Source: Antedon mediterranea | Taxonomy: Eukaryota; Animalia; Echinodermata | Assembly (NCBI RefSeq): GCF_964355755.1 | Contig: NC_092674.1 | Location: 18,972,001-19,036,000 of the forward strand | Reading direction: 5' to 3' | Length of the DNA: 64,000 nt | Shown here: positions 26,805 to 39,598 of the stretch, in pieces | Layout: each line of letters starts with the position of its first letter | How positions within the stretch are numbered: position 1 is the stretch's first letter | The notes under the pieces: generated by a model | The model's input: only the letters and a program-made list of their open reading frames with translations | Database searches by the model: none | Told to the model about the DNA's origin: nothing | Translations under genes and position numbers: made by a program

Positions 26805-28075
26805 TAAACACAACAGGCATATAAATAAATTCCAAACCGCCCGGTGATACACTGAAAATTATTTAATTAATTTTTGAAACGATAAAGATATATATAATAT
26901 AAACACATTAGGCAATGAACATTAATTCGAAACCGCCCGGTGATATACTGAAATATATAGACTCGAACTCGGACCGCCTGCTTGATATGCAGATGTCCTA
27001 ACCATTAGACCACTGGGGCTTTCATGGTATTGTTCAAACTCGATCGGATAGCGACTCTATAACATTTCGGCGTGGTACAGCGGAACGCGTGTTTTTTTTT
27101 CCAGGACGAACGTGGGCAGAAGTCATGAATAATTCATTACCTTACTTATTTTCTATTATAAAGAATTGAAAGATAGCTGATCTACTTCCTAAATATACTA
27201 AACCTAACCCTCTAAATAATCTCTCTCAACTATTAAAAAAAACATGTTCATGAAAGAACTCGAACCGAGGGCTTCAGCGTAATAGGTTAAAGCCTTTACC
27301 ACTAGACCAAACATTTCGGTTGGCAAAGGTTGTTTACACTAATTATTTAATCTCTCTGCATTCTTATATAGCGCCCTCTATAATGTTCCCTATTATGTCA
27401 TAATTAATCATGAATTATTCATGAATTCTGCCCACGTTCGTCCTGGAAAAAAAAATTACACCAGCGGAACAGCAGTAGTCCTCAGTTGTACGCACGCGCA
27501 CCAGAGATCAAATTGATACGCCCTCATCTTTCAGTATTTTTATTCACGAGGCGGGATCTCCGAAGAGGTACTTTTATATATAAACACATTAGGCAATGAA
27601 CATTAATTCTAAACCGCCCGGTGATATAGGCCTACTGAAATTTAATTAATTAATTTGAAACGATAAAGATGAGGAAGTCTGTGAGAATGAGAAAAAGTGT
27701 CCCCAACCGAGACCCGAACTCGGACCGCCTGCTTGATATGCAGATGTCCTAACCATTAGACCAGAGATCAGAGATGTCCTAACCATTTCATGGTATTGTT
27801 CAAACTCGATTGGATAGCGACTCTTTAACATTCTCGGCGTGGTACGGCGCGCGGAACAGCACTAGTCCTCAGTTGTACGCACGCGCACCAGAGATCAAAT
27901 TGATACGCCCTCATCTTTCAGTATTTTTATTCACGAGGCGGGATCTCCGAAGAGATACTTTTATATATATAAACACATTAGGCAATGAACATTAATTCTA
28001 AACCGCCCGGTGATATACTGAAATTTAATTAATTAATTCGAAACGATAAAGATGAGGAAATCTGTGAGAATGAGA
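26805..28075 (-). repeat. Tandem ~390-bp tRNA-derived repeat cassette embedded in (TA)n
   Basis: The unit marker AAACACATTAGGCAATGAAC recurs at 26901, 27582 and 27971 (diverged at 26806). tRNA-like segments lie on the minus strand at ~26959-27020 and ~27697-27790. Confidence 0.85.
27087..27461. mobile_element. Mutator-like MITE (375 bp) with 9-bp TSD
   Basis: TSD CAGCGGAAC at 27078-27086 and 27462-27470; TIR TTTTTCCAGGACGAACGTGGGCAGAA.TCATGAATAATTCAT mirrored at 27409-27455. Confidence 0.88.
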
Positions 28076-31000
28076 ATATAATAATAATATATATAGGCCT
28101 ATATATTAATTGATAACTCTTAATGATAATATATATATATATATATTAATTGCACATCGACTGACAAAATGTTATAATGACTTTTACTTTTCGATTTTTT
28201 TTTTCTATTCGAGGTTTTTTACAAACGCCCCGAGGTACCATCAACGTCCGGATGTCCGAGTACCTTAACACGACTATAAAAACGACCTTGAATTCAAATA
28301 CGCAAGATACACAACATTGCGGTAAATTATTTCAGATAATATTCCCTTATTTATCACACGTTTGTGTTTTTTTACCTATGCTTTCCTGTTTATTGATGTC
28401 CCTAATTTGGGTTTTTGCTGGTAGACACTTGTGTATCTAGTATGTGTATATCTTAACATAGATTCTAAGTAGGCCTACAGTAAATCCCTTTGTTCATTGA
28501 TATGCTAATTTAGTGTCCAAGGTTATGTATGTGGGTTGCATTTAATTTGTATTATATTTTTAATTTGGTTTTTAAGAGGGTGGTTTTATCGAATTTCCGT
28601 TTTTTTTCCTGTTCTAATCTAGTCTACCTTTATTTTTATACTTTTATATTTTTATATTGCATGTTTAAATGTTTTAAGGATGCACCATTATTATGTGTGC
28701 CGCTGTTCAAAAAGCGTTTTCCGAATAAATTATTATTATATAACCAGTATAGCCGCTTGTTTGTGTTATATTTTACATCTTTCCGTACACAGGATGTTTT
28801 TCAATAATGTCATTGTCTTTAAAGTACTCTTTCTACTTTAGCGACATTGGAATAATAAAATATTATTTATTTACAAACCATGAGTTGGTAGCAATCATAT
28901 TTGGTCTTAACTATCTCGTTATTTTCATGATTTTCATACACAATTATGTTTCCACTAAGGTATTACCTTAATTATACACAAACACTCATTTAAACAGTTT
29001 GTTTTTCCGCGGAGTTTTACAACTATTACTACTATAGTATTGTGTTCAATATTAAAAATGTTTCTTATCAATTTTTAATAAGAATTAATCCAATGCTTTA
29101 ATAATTATTGGGCCTGTAAGTTGTACGTAACATCCACTCATATTTGAATTTTTTTGTACAAATCAGGAAACTATTTATTCTGTGTGGCATTTGAAATTCT
29201 ATAGACCTCAATTGATCTAATTGAAATTATAGCAGCGTTGCAATACCAAATTTCTTATTTATTGTACGCCAGCTAATGTAAAAGACGTGGTTATAACGTA
29301 TCACACTGATTTTATAATGAGGTAGAGGATCGAGTCTATTTCTAAAAGGTTAAAAGTGCAATTTTAAGCATATGCTGTTATTGTTCGCAATGGGTGTCAG
29401 TCGCAAAGTCACCAATGGTTACATGGTTGAATTGGAAGTGTAAAAACGTAAAAATGGTATTTAAAAAATGTATTCTGTAAAATAGTTTAAGGCTAAGCCT
29501 AACATTACAAAATTGCAAATTTTCACATTCAGTCGTCCATGTGTAGGCCTACCGGTATTGCATCTAATTGTGTTCTGTACTGATGTCGTTTTGGCTGTTG
29601 TTAACAATTTCTCCCCACCACTTCCTTTTTTTTTTAAATAGGAGGTGAAAAAGACAGAATTACTTCAAACAATTCAAAATTGAACCCACGATTTGCAATT
29701 CACCTAGATATTAATAAATTTTAGGATTTTATAAAATCACGAATATGTCACTTGCAATAATTTGGTAATGTTTATAGTTTTTATAATTCAAGGATTGTGG
29801 TACGTCAGCCGCAGGGTGTGGTATGGTAATTACGTTGAAATAATATGGTAATTACGTTGAGCGTTAAGCCAGTTGAATCGCGTAGGCCTATAACCAGAAT
29901 TCTTCTAATACAAAATATGTTAATTGGACTGACCAGGGAGTTGTTATTATCAAATAACTGACCAAATAAATAGTGTGTACTGTACGTGCGCTAGGAAAAT
30001 GTAAAAAATTGCATCCCCAGTCGTCCTGATCGTCCGGCAGAGAGGACCCGGACAAATATGACAGAATTAATCATCTCATTTACAACATTTCAGATGATGA
30101 ATCTGCATTATGTTCAAATGCTCATTGAAATTATTCAACAGTAGTACACTCAACAATTTATAAGAAGCTTGCCCGTCGGTTACAAAAAGGCCTGACCCGA
30201 CATAAAAGACGAAGTCTTGGCCCGACAATGAAACAAAAAGACGAGCTAAATAATAAAAACTACCTCTGATGTAAATTTATATTGAACGATGAATGGTGTA
30301 AGCAGCGCATTGATTTATTCTTTCAAATCGCGGCACTAAATAATTCAGCATTATGATTGTACTATTTGTTTTTATATTATCTTGATTTGTCTTGATTTGA
30401 TTAATTTTCTTAGGCAGCACTGGAAGGAAAAATAACCGTCTCTATAGGTGTATTCTCCGTCCCTCGAAAATACCCTCAGACAACACTACGGCAGGCCTAG
30501 GCCTACTCCAAAGGACAATACCCACAAAACCAATTTACACACAATGACAACACTACACACACATTACTCCTTCTTTAACCTGACGTCCTGGGATGAGTAA
30601 CTGTTTTAGAGTATAGAGGTGTATACTGTGTCCGTGTGGTAATTATGTTTGGGAGATAGGCCTACACCATAAATATTTCCGACATAATTAACAAGATGGG
30701 CGAATCAAGTTATTCCTGCCATTACCCAACACTTAACTTACATAATAGGTGCTGGCAACATACGTCTGTCACTATCAGGGAAGACTTCGTTTGTGCTTCG
30801 ATAAAGGTTGAAAGGTGGTAGTGGTACAACGTACGACGAAGAAGAGTTGTAAATGTATAAACTGGTAAATGTTAATAAAATACATCCAATTAGAAGCAAC
30901 TGTACCTTGAAATATTGAAATGTAAATGAAAAATTAAATCTATTAGCATTTTTCTACGAATAGTTTAGTATGTATATATCGTATATTTCATTTCATTTAT

Positions 31001-31439
31001 TTTGTCTCACATAAAAAAAAAAGACAAACAATAAAGAGAGAAGGATTCCCAAAAGCGAACTAAATCAAACTATCAAGTGGGACTCCATATAAATATAAAA
31101 TATAAAGAACATCGGAAGATTTTAAATCAAAAGAGGTAGGCCTATATCACGGGACAGTTAAATGAATCAATTCAACCTGTATTCAATACCTAATTTGGTA
31201 GTTCAAAATTACGAAATAACTATCTTAAACTACACGCTGTATGGATTTATATGTCAGTTGTGATTCTACTTTGTTTTGGCAAATCTGTATCAGATCAAAT
31301 TCAGATATAGATGACGTTTAGACCCATTTATTCATGACATTTAAATTTTATTGTGTTTTTAATTCAATTCAGTTGATGTTAAGGATGGCCTGTGTACCAG
31401 CACCTATCTCACTAATCACCATGACAATAATAGTTCCCA

Positions 31440-32094
31440 TTATGTAACCCTAGATCTTATCATGGAGAAATTAGTATATATACAGACATTTATATTTTGC
31501 AAAAAGTGGGATGTCACCAAAAGAAAATACATGAAAAACAAAACAGTAAACAATGAGTGGCTCGGTTTACACGGTCTGTACATTATCATCGGTAAGTTCT
31601 GTAATGGTAATTGAGACAAAAACAGCTGAGCCACCTAAATTCAATTATTTCGAATTGAATTGATATGCATAGTAGGCCTACTCCTAATAGATGAATGAGC
31701 ACAATTAAACATGTGAAACATTAAGATATAGGGCGCACTGTTGGATGGTTCTTTTTCAACAGGGAATGCCGTCAGAGTTTCTATAAAAAATCAAATCACT
31801 ACTGAAAGAAATTGTTAATATTCCTTAAGTAAGATCATTCTATAGGCTAATTGTTTAAATTTCAATCATCTTTGAAGAGGGAACCATCTAGTTAAGCCCA
31901 GTAGGTTAAATTATTCAGGGCTCTTTAATAAAAATACATCATTAGGCAAACAATAATGAAAAACTCGCAACAACAAATAAATATATCATAGCCTATTATA
32001 TTTCGGAGAGAATAATACAATAGCATACACATCTAGCACACAAATATTATATCATGTAGCCTGATTATAATATAATTACCTTTCTTCTCATCAT
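31440..32094 (-). CDS. Candidate upstream coding exons (start + TM anchor) of the sulfotransferase gene
   Basis: ATGATGAGAAGAAAG|GTAATT (MMRRK, ~32080-32094) could splice to an AG acceptor at 31634 reading VAQLF...SLFTVLFFMYFLLVTSHFL (hydrophobic, type II anchor-like). I could not find a phase-2 donor joining it to 26765. Confidence 0.3.
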
Positions 32095-33227
32095 TTCCAA
32101 TGATTCTGGAGGAAGGTTTTTAGCATCCCAGGATATCCAGTTCAGTTGAATAATTCGTCAGAGAAATTCCTCAATCAGGCAGCACCCAAAAAAGGCAAAT
32201 CTACAGAATCTCGCTTGTTAATCTATACATTAGATATTCGGAATTCATTACTCGGTTTAAAAAAAGAAATGGAACACTGAGTAGGTCTACTCTTAGCTAC
32301 TATGTGTACTGAGCAAGTTGGCACACTATTGAGATAAATCCCTTTCAATATCGGATAGTGGCTGACTTTCGAACATTAATATGCAGCAAATATACTGCAA
32401 TCTGATTGGTTGAAATAATATTATCTTCCTATAGGATGTCGTTGAATAAAATAATATGGTTGAAAGGGAAAGAACAATTTTCTGATTATAAAATATTGTA
32501 GATAGTGATGTTTGTTTACTAAACGTTTTTTAACGAGCTTTATAAGAAATACGCCAGCAAATAAATATATTTAAAAAAAGTGTTGGAGCCGATATTGAAT
32601 TATTGCGACCTATGCAAGCAATAATTATACTGTGTATAAATTGCAAAACATGTTGGTACCTGGTTCATTTTGTTTTTGTAAGCAGAGCGAGGTTTCTCGA
32701 TCCTGTTGTCGAAATAATATACAGTACCTAGTATTATAATCATGAATTTTCTGAAACAGAAAATGTATCTTAAATGATTGGCGTACTAAGAAAAAAGCCC
32801 CGATAAAAAAATATTAAAGTAAAAATTCAGAGAGAGCTTAAAGTTCAGAGAGGGCTTACAAATATATTTTCTACGTAATACTGTCACCGTCTAATAAAGT
32901 TATATGTATGTTAACCTTGACCTCTTCTTCTTCCAACTAAAGTTCAATGACCTTTTATACATTTACGCCCTCTTACGACGAAAGTAACATAGCTTCACAG
33001 ACGTTATAAAACCTTCAAATTATTTTGGTACGGAATGGTTTCATTTCAAAATGTCATTTTCATTTATTTATTTGACCAAAAAACCATAATATAAAATAAA
33101 AACAGATGAATTGGTCAGGGACCGCTAGTAATATCAGAATTACTATAACTACAAGAGTCAGCAGTCCCATGGTCTTAACTAAAATAAATTTACAATAAAG
33201 AATATAACTTAGACGTGTAGGCCTATA

Positions 33228-34130
33228 TTTATTTATTTATTTTATTTTCAATCTTTCTACATAGCAAAAAAACAAACATATAAGTATAACAGGAGAGTAG
33301 CGGAAAAGCACAAGTATAAAACTGTCATCTTGTGATGTGCTCGACCAGCCCCTGTCAACTTGAACGATACAATAAAACCGACATTTAACCGTTAAATGTC
33401 GGTTTTATTGTATCGTTCAAGTTATTTAGAAAAATTTAGAAAAATACATAGAAAAATATGGTATACTAAAATGTTAACAAAAGTGTTATAAAAATGCAAT
33501 TGCTATCTGAACAATCTGATTGTGTAAAAGTTAAAAATTCTGATTGTATAAAAGTTAAAAATTCTGATTGTATAAATGTTAAAAATTATGAATGTATAAA
33601 AGTTAAAAATTCTGATTGTATAAAAGTTAAATTCTGATTGTATAAAAGTTAAAAATTCTGATTGTATAAAAGTTAAAAATTCTGATTGTATAAAAGTTAA
33701 AAATTCAAAGTAGGTACAATCATGTTAATAAAAATATGAAAACATTTTTGAACATTTTAGGAAACCGTACTATCCCTGAGTATTTAAAAGCATCAGTACG
33801 CGCTCTACCATGATGAAAGGTGAGTATATCTAGGTGTCGATTATTAACTAAAAAAGAATCAACATCATTATTCACTCATAAAATCAGATCGTGGAGAAAT
33901 TATTATATTGGCAATGAATGTCATGTTTAAGAAATCACGCCTATTCTCTACTGACATTAGACCTATAGCTCCTTTCTTCTATCTATATAATGTTGATCTA
34001 AATAACCTTTCTTTAAGATCATGCAGGTAGCTCTCCTCTGAACGGATTCTAGCATATTTATATGTTTTTTACGGTACACCCACCACACTGGAGAACAATA
34101 ATATAAGCACGGCAGCACAAGTGTCTATGC
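33228..34130 (-). mobile_element. LINE 3' end with 23-bp minisatellite and (AAAT)n tail; inverted sister copy at ~36570-37103
   Basis: 33230-33770 is the near-exact reverse complement of ~36590-37103; tandem TTCTGATTGTATAAAAGTTAAAA at 33515-33705. Confidence 0.75.
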
Positions 34131-37100
34131 AAAAAAAAAACAACACCACAATTATTATATAATACAACTAGGAAAAATGAAATATCGGGAGGTTTTATGA
34201 AACTATAGAGGTTGCTATAATACATCAAACCACAGAGAGCGCTATGAAATACCTAAACATATTGGCATTGCCGATATTTAGAGTAGTGAATTTATACCTG
34301 GACAAATAAGTATCAAGAGAATTGCTCTCACAAACGCAACACAATACGATGCTGTAAGCTACTTGTGGACATTGGTAGGCCTACCACGAGAATTTATTGA
34401 ATTAAAAGAATCCGAAGCCAATTCGGAGTACGGCCATGTCACTCCTGTAAAATGATGCCTTCAAATGTATCTCGAATAGGCCTACTTGAAGTTGTAGAGA
34501 CACTACAAAATACAAATGACAAAGCAAAAGCGATAGAATAATGCGTTTATAAGAGTTATACTTGAAGCAAACAGACATATTAAATAATCTTTTAGGCCTA
34601 AGTAATACAAGGTATGCCTACAATAGGCTAAGACTACGGTACAGCTGTTTACTGACTACCTGATTTTGGTTGAAAAAACAATTTGCACATTTGTAGAATC
34701 TCATTTTCACATTTAACGTCAAAACTGATCGTTTTTTACATTTAACGCCGTGATGTTTGCACATTAGTGGATTAGCCTATACATTTTTACAGTTGCACAT
34801 TTCACGCCTCAACAATCCCCTTCCTGCCACCGGACTAAACGTGCCAAGAGCGAATACTTTACTAACACGATTGAGGAAAATAAGAAAGACTCAAACAAAT
34901 TATGGAAACAACTGAAATCATTAGGTTACAAAAATGAAAGTAAGTGTTCGTCTAGAATTGTACTTCTAACCATTTTAATTCATTTTTCAAAAGTGTTGCA
35001 TCCTTACTTGGCACGTAAACTTCCTAATACTACTATTAGGACATTTGACACCGTGTCAATAAAATTTAAAAGGTACAATGAGAACAAGAGATTAGATAAA
35101 AAGAAAATGAGTTTATCACCTGTATCAGAAGAGTTTTTATTCAAGACTCCAAAGTTTAAATATTTGTAAGAGTACAGGACTAGATGTCTGCCAGATTCTT
35201 ACGTGACGGTGCAAAATGTAGGCCTACTCAAAGGTCCAATAGTATTTCCTCCAATAATGTTCCTGATGACTTTAAAATTTCCCCAGTCCACCCGCTTTTT
35301 AAAAATAAAAATAAATGTGTCACCAACTTTAGACCAATCAGCATTTTAAGTGTTTTAAGTTCTTGAAAGAGCAGTTCATGTTCAAATCGAAAAATACCTT
35401 AAAGATAATAACACAATGTTCGAATTTCAGTCAGAATTTAAAAAACAAGGCCATATAGATGGCTGCAGTCGCGTGCTCAAGTTAGTGTTTACCGACCGAC
35501 CGACAAACCTACCAACCGATCGACCAACCAACCGAAATTGCTGAATATTTTTAAAAATAATGAAAATGTTTAAAAACATTTATATTGTTTTAATTTACAC
35601 GTGCGTAGCCTGTCACTTTTGACGTGCTCGTATAATGTAATTTCGAGTTGAAAAGTAAGTCAAGAAAACATAAATCTGGCAAAAAGAGTCCGTATTAACG
35701 TTTAACGCGCAGTACGCGTGCAAAAATCTGCGCACTCATGGCAATTTTTTAAACGCTTAAAATTGCCTGAAACGTACTCTTATTTCATCGAAAAAATTGT
35801 TTAAGCGCGCGTACGCATGAGTTACATGCGCTACGCACGTAATTGTATTGCCATATGAAGATTTATGCCCTGAAATTTATGACTACCACATTTTATTTAA
35901 TTGTGATTCATGCTTGTGAAGATATGATTAAAAACGTGATTTCGTTAAATCGTGCGTAGACCGCGTAATTTTTTAATGCGCACCGTGAAAACATAACCAC
36001 ATCGATTCCTGTCCATAAGGAATATATACTGTGAAAAATTGACTTAGCTGGATGAAACTGATATCAAGGTAAGGTAATCATTTTATTTCCCACACACTCG
36101 TAAGTTATGGAAAAAGAAAACATTATATGCATTGTATGGAAGGAGACTATTTAAGTTAAGACAATAACTTTAAGTCACCTTAAACTGAAACACGACTTAA
36201 AGAATAGTTTAAAGTCATCTAAATCATACTTCTTAAACAAAATTAAAAGTAAAAATAAAAATACCAGGTATAAATTACAACATAATACACACAATGTAAG
36301 TAAGTTAAATTATTGCAGAAACTTAAGTACTGTATTCAGAGACCAAAGATTTCTTTACGCAATGTTTAAAGCTATTTAAAGAGAATTTGTTTTTCAAGTT
36401 ATCAGAGAGCTTATTCCATATAATTGACCATAATAAAAAATAGAACCACATTTAATACTTAATTACGTACATAATTTTAAAAAGAAAATCTAGTATTATA
36501 ATGATAACGTTCAGAAGCTCTGTTAAAAAGGTTAATAATCAGAATGATCAGAAACAATCTTATTGAAGAGTCGTTTTTTAAGTTTAAACACAGTTTAAAG
36601 CAACATTTTATAGATTTTTAACTTTTCATATTTTCATTAACATGATTGTACCTACTTTGAATTTTTAACTTTTTAACTTTTATACAATCAGAATTTTTAA
36701 CTTTTATACAATCAGAATTTTTAACTTTTATACAATCAGAATTTAACTTTTATACAATCAGAATTTTTTACTTTTATACATTCATAATTTTTAACTTTTA
36801 TTCAATCAGAATTTTTAACTTTTATACAATCAGAATTTTTAACTTTTACACAATCAGATTATTCAGATAGCAATTGCATTTTTATAACACTTTTGTTAAC
36901 ATTTTATTATACCTTATTTTTCTATGTTTTTTTCTAAATTTGTTAAATGTCGGTTTTATTGTATCATTCAAGTTGACAGGGGCTGGTCAAGCACATCACA
37001 AGATGACAGTTTTATACTTTTGCTTTTCCGCTACTCCCCTGTTATACTTATATGTTTGTTTTTTTGCTATGTAGAAAGATTGAAAATAAATAAATAAATA

Positions 37101-39598
37101 AAATAATGTGAGAAGGTAAAATATTATTAGACAATCTCCCTCCCTTGACCCTAAACAATTTACTAATGAACTTGACTCTGTACTTTCCTCTTTATCAACA
37201 GAAAACAAGATTGTCTACATTCTTGGAGATTTAAACATCGATATCCTTAAATACGATACTGACAACAATGCTCGTGATTTTATCAACTCGTTTTTCAGTA
37301 ATAATTACCTTCCTTGTATCCATAGACCTTCCCGTATCAGTAAAACTTCTGCCACTTTATTAGACAACATTTTTACTAATCAGATTGAATACCAAAACAC
37401 AAGTGGTCTACTTTATAGCGACATTTCCGATCATCTTCCTGTCTTCAATATTTCTCTTCTCAACGCTTCCTTCCCTAATCTTAATCCAAATAAAAACTAA
37501 CTTTTAGAAAATTTAACCTTACTTCACTGGCAAACTTTCGTCTTGAAATTTCCACCCAACAGTGGATTGATGTTATTAACACAAATAAGGCTTATTCACA
37601 CTTTGAACTTAAATTAAAATCAATATATGATAAACACTTTCCTCTCCTTAAAAACGAAAAAAAAAAACACAACACAAACATAAACTGTACTCTAAATGTA
37701 TCCATTGTCCCACCCAAAAAAATGAAACAGCCTTTAAACAATTCCGGAATAAATTAAATACTACAATTAAAGCTGCCAAAAAAAAATCATTTTCATAAAA
37801 CGTTTCTCAAACACAAAAATGATATTAAGGCAACTTGGAAATAAATTAATTCCCTGCTCAATAAATCAAATAATACACATACAAATACTTCTTTCAATTT
37901 TCAAGGTGAGTTGACCAATGATTCAAATATAATTTCAAATGCCTTTAACAAATATTTTGCTGAAATCGGCCCTTCACTTGCTAATAAAATTCCCAATAGT
38001 AACAGATCATTTAAAGACTTTTTACCCAACCCTACCCCTAACTCAATATTCTTTACTCCAGTCAATGAGGCCGAAGTTTATAAAATCATTTCTACCTTTA
38101 AAAACAACAAATCACCCGGTATTGATGATTTCCAAACCAAGCCCATCAAACATATTGCCGATCTCATTTCTTTTCCACTTACCCATATTTTTTAATCTTG
38201 CTTTATCAAAGGGTGTTTTCCCAGACAGGATGAAGTTTGTGCGCGTTACCCCTATCTACAAATCTGGAAGCAAATCTGATTTCTCTAACTATCGCCCCAT
38301 CTCTGTCCTTTCTATTTTCTCTAAAGCTTTAGAAAGGGTAATCTACGATCGTACATTTTCATTTACAGTATCTCAAAACATGACATTCTTCACAAAAATA
38401 TGGCTTTAGAAAAGGTCACAACACACCCATGGCTCTCATTGACTTAACAAACAAGATTGTTGACGCATTTGAAAGTGGTCATCTAGCCATCGGCGTTTTT
38501 ATAGATTTGTCAAAGGCATTCGACACAATAGACCACAATATACTTTTATTTAAACTATCCCATTATGGAATTAGAGGGCCCGCATATGATCTTTTCAAAA
38601 GTTACCTTACCAATCGTTTCCAATGTACCAAGTATTCTAATTATGTCTCCAACTTCAACCCTGTTACTTGTGGTGTTCCCCAAGGCTCTCTTCTTGGCCC
38701 CCTCCTATTTATTCTATATCTTAATGTTATCTATCTTTCTTCTTCAATTCTTAACTTTTTTTCTATATGCTGACGACACCACTGTTTATTACTCTGACCC
38801 TGATATTCAAACCTTATTTAATACTGTTAATACCAATCTGACCCTCATGTCTCAATACTTTTCAGCTAACAAACTTTCTCTTAACCACAAAAAATGTAAC
38901 TTCATCCTGTTTGGGACCCCTCAGAAAATTAAAAACATTGATACTGCAAACTATAACATTTCTATTAACAATCATGATATTCCCTCAGTCCAATCTGCTA
39001 CATTTTTAGGAGTTCATCTTGACAGTCGACTTTCATGAAAAAATCACATCAATTTTGTTGAGAATAAAATTTCCAAAAGTCTTGGCATCATCACTAGACT
39101 TTCTCCTTTTTTACCCCCTAACATTCTTCGTATTCTTTACTGCTCCCTCATCCTGCCTTATCTTAACTATTGCAATATTGTCTGGTGCAACTCTTATCCT
39201 TCCAGTATTAAAAAACTTCAAACTCTTAAAAAAAAGGCCATCTGGCGCCCCACCCCTGTCTCATTCATCTCATCTTTTTTCAAAGCTCCATCTTCTCAAA
39301 GTCTCTGATATCAATCTAACCCAACAAGGCTCGTTCATCTTTTCTTCTATTAATTTTAACCTTCCCAAACATCTCTGCTCCATGTACACTCAAAATTCTT
39401 CAATTCATTATCATCATACCCGTATTTCTTCAAAATTACATATTCCAACCCATAAAACCAACCACTTTCAACACAACATTAGGTATTCCGGACCCACTTT
39501 TTGGAACGAACTGCAACTCCCCATCTTAAACTCTGTTTCTAGCAAATCATTTTTTTTAAATCATCTAAACTTAAAAGTCACCTTATTTCCAAATATTA

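Noticed and set aside
27470-27670. Hammerhead ribozyme in the tandem cassette (CCGAAGA...TGAAA on plus, CTGAGGA...GAAA on minus)
   Set aside because: I could not build contiguous stems I, II and III around either core, so it is left as untested.
26959-27790. Functional tRNA-Asp gene
   Set aside because: Neither copy is intact (one lacks the 3' end, the other has an internal duplication replacing the 5' acceptor strand), and the anticodon loop is non-canonical.
29985-30861. Possible additional sulfotransferase exons
   Set aside because: Splice-like signals exist but the frames stop or give phases incompatible with the 26765 acceptor.
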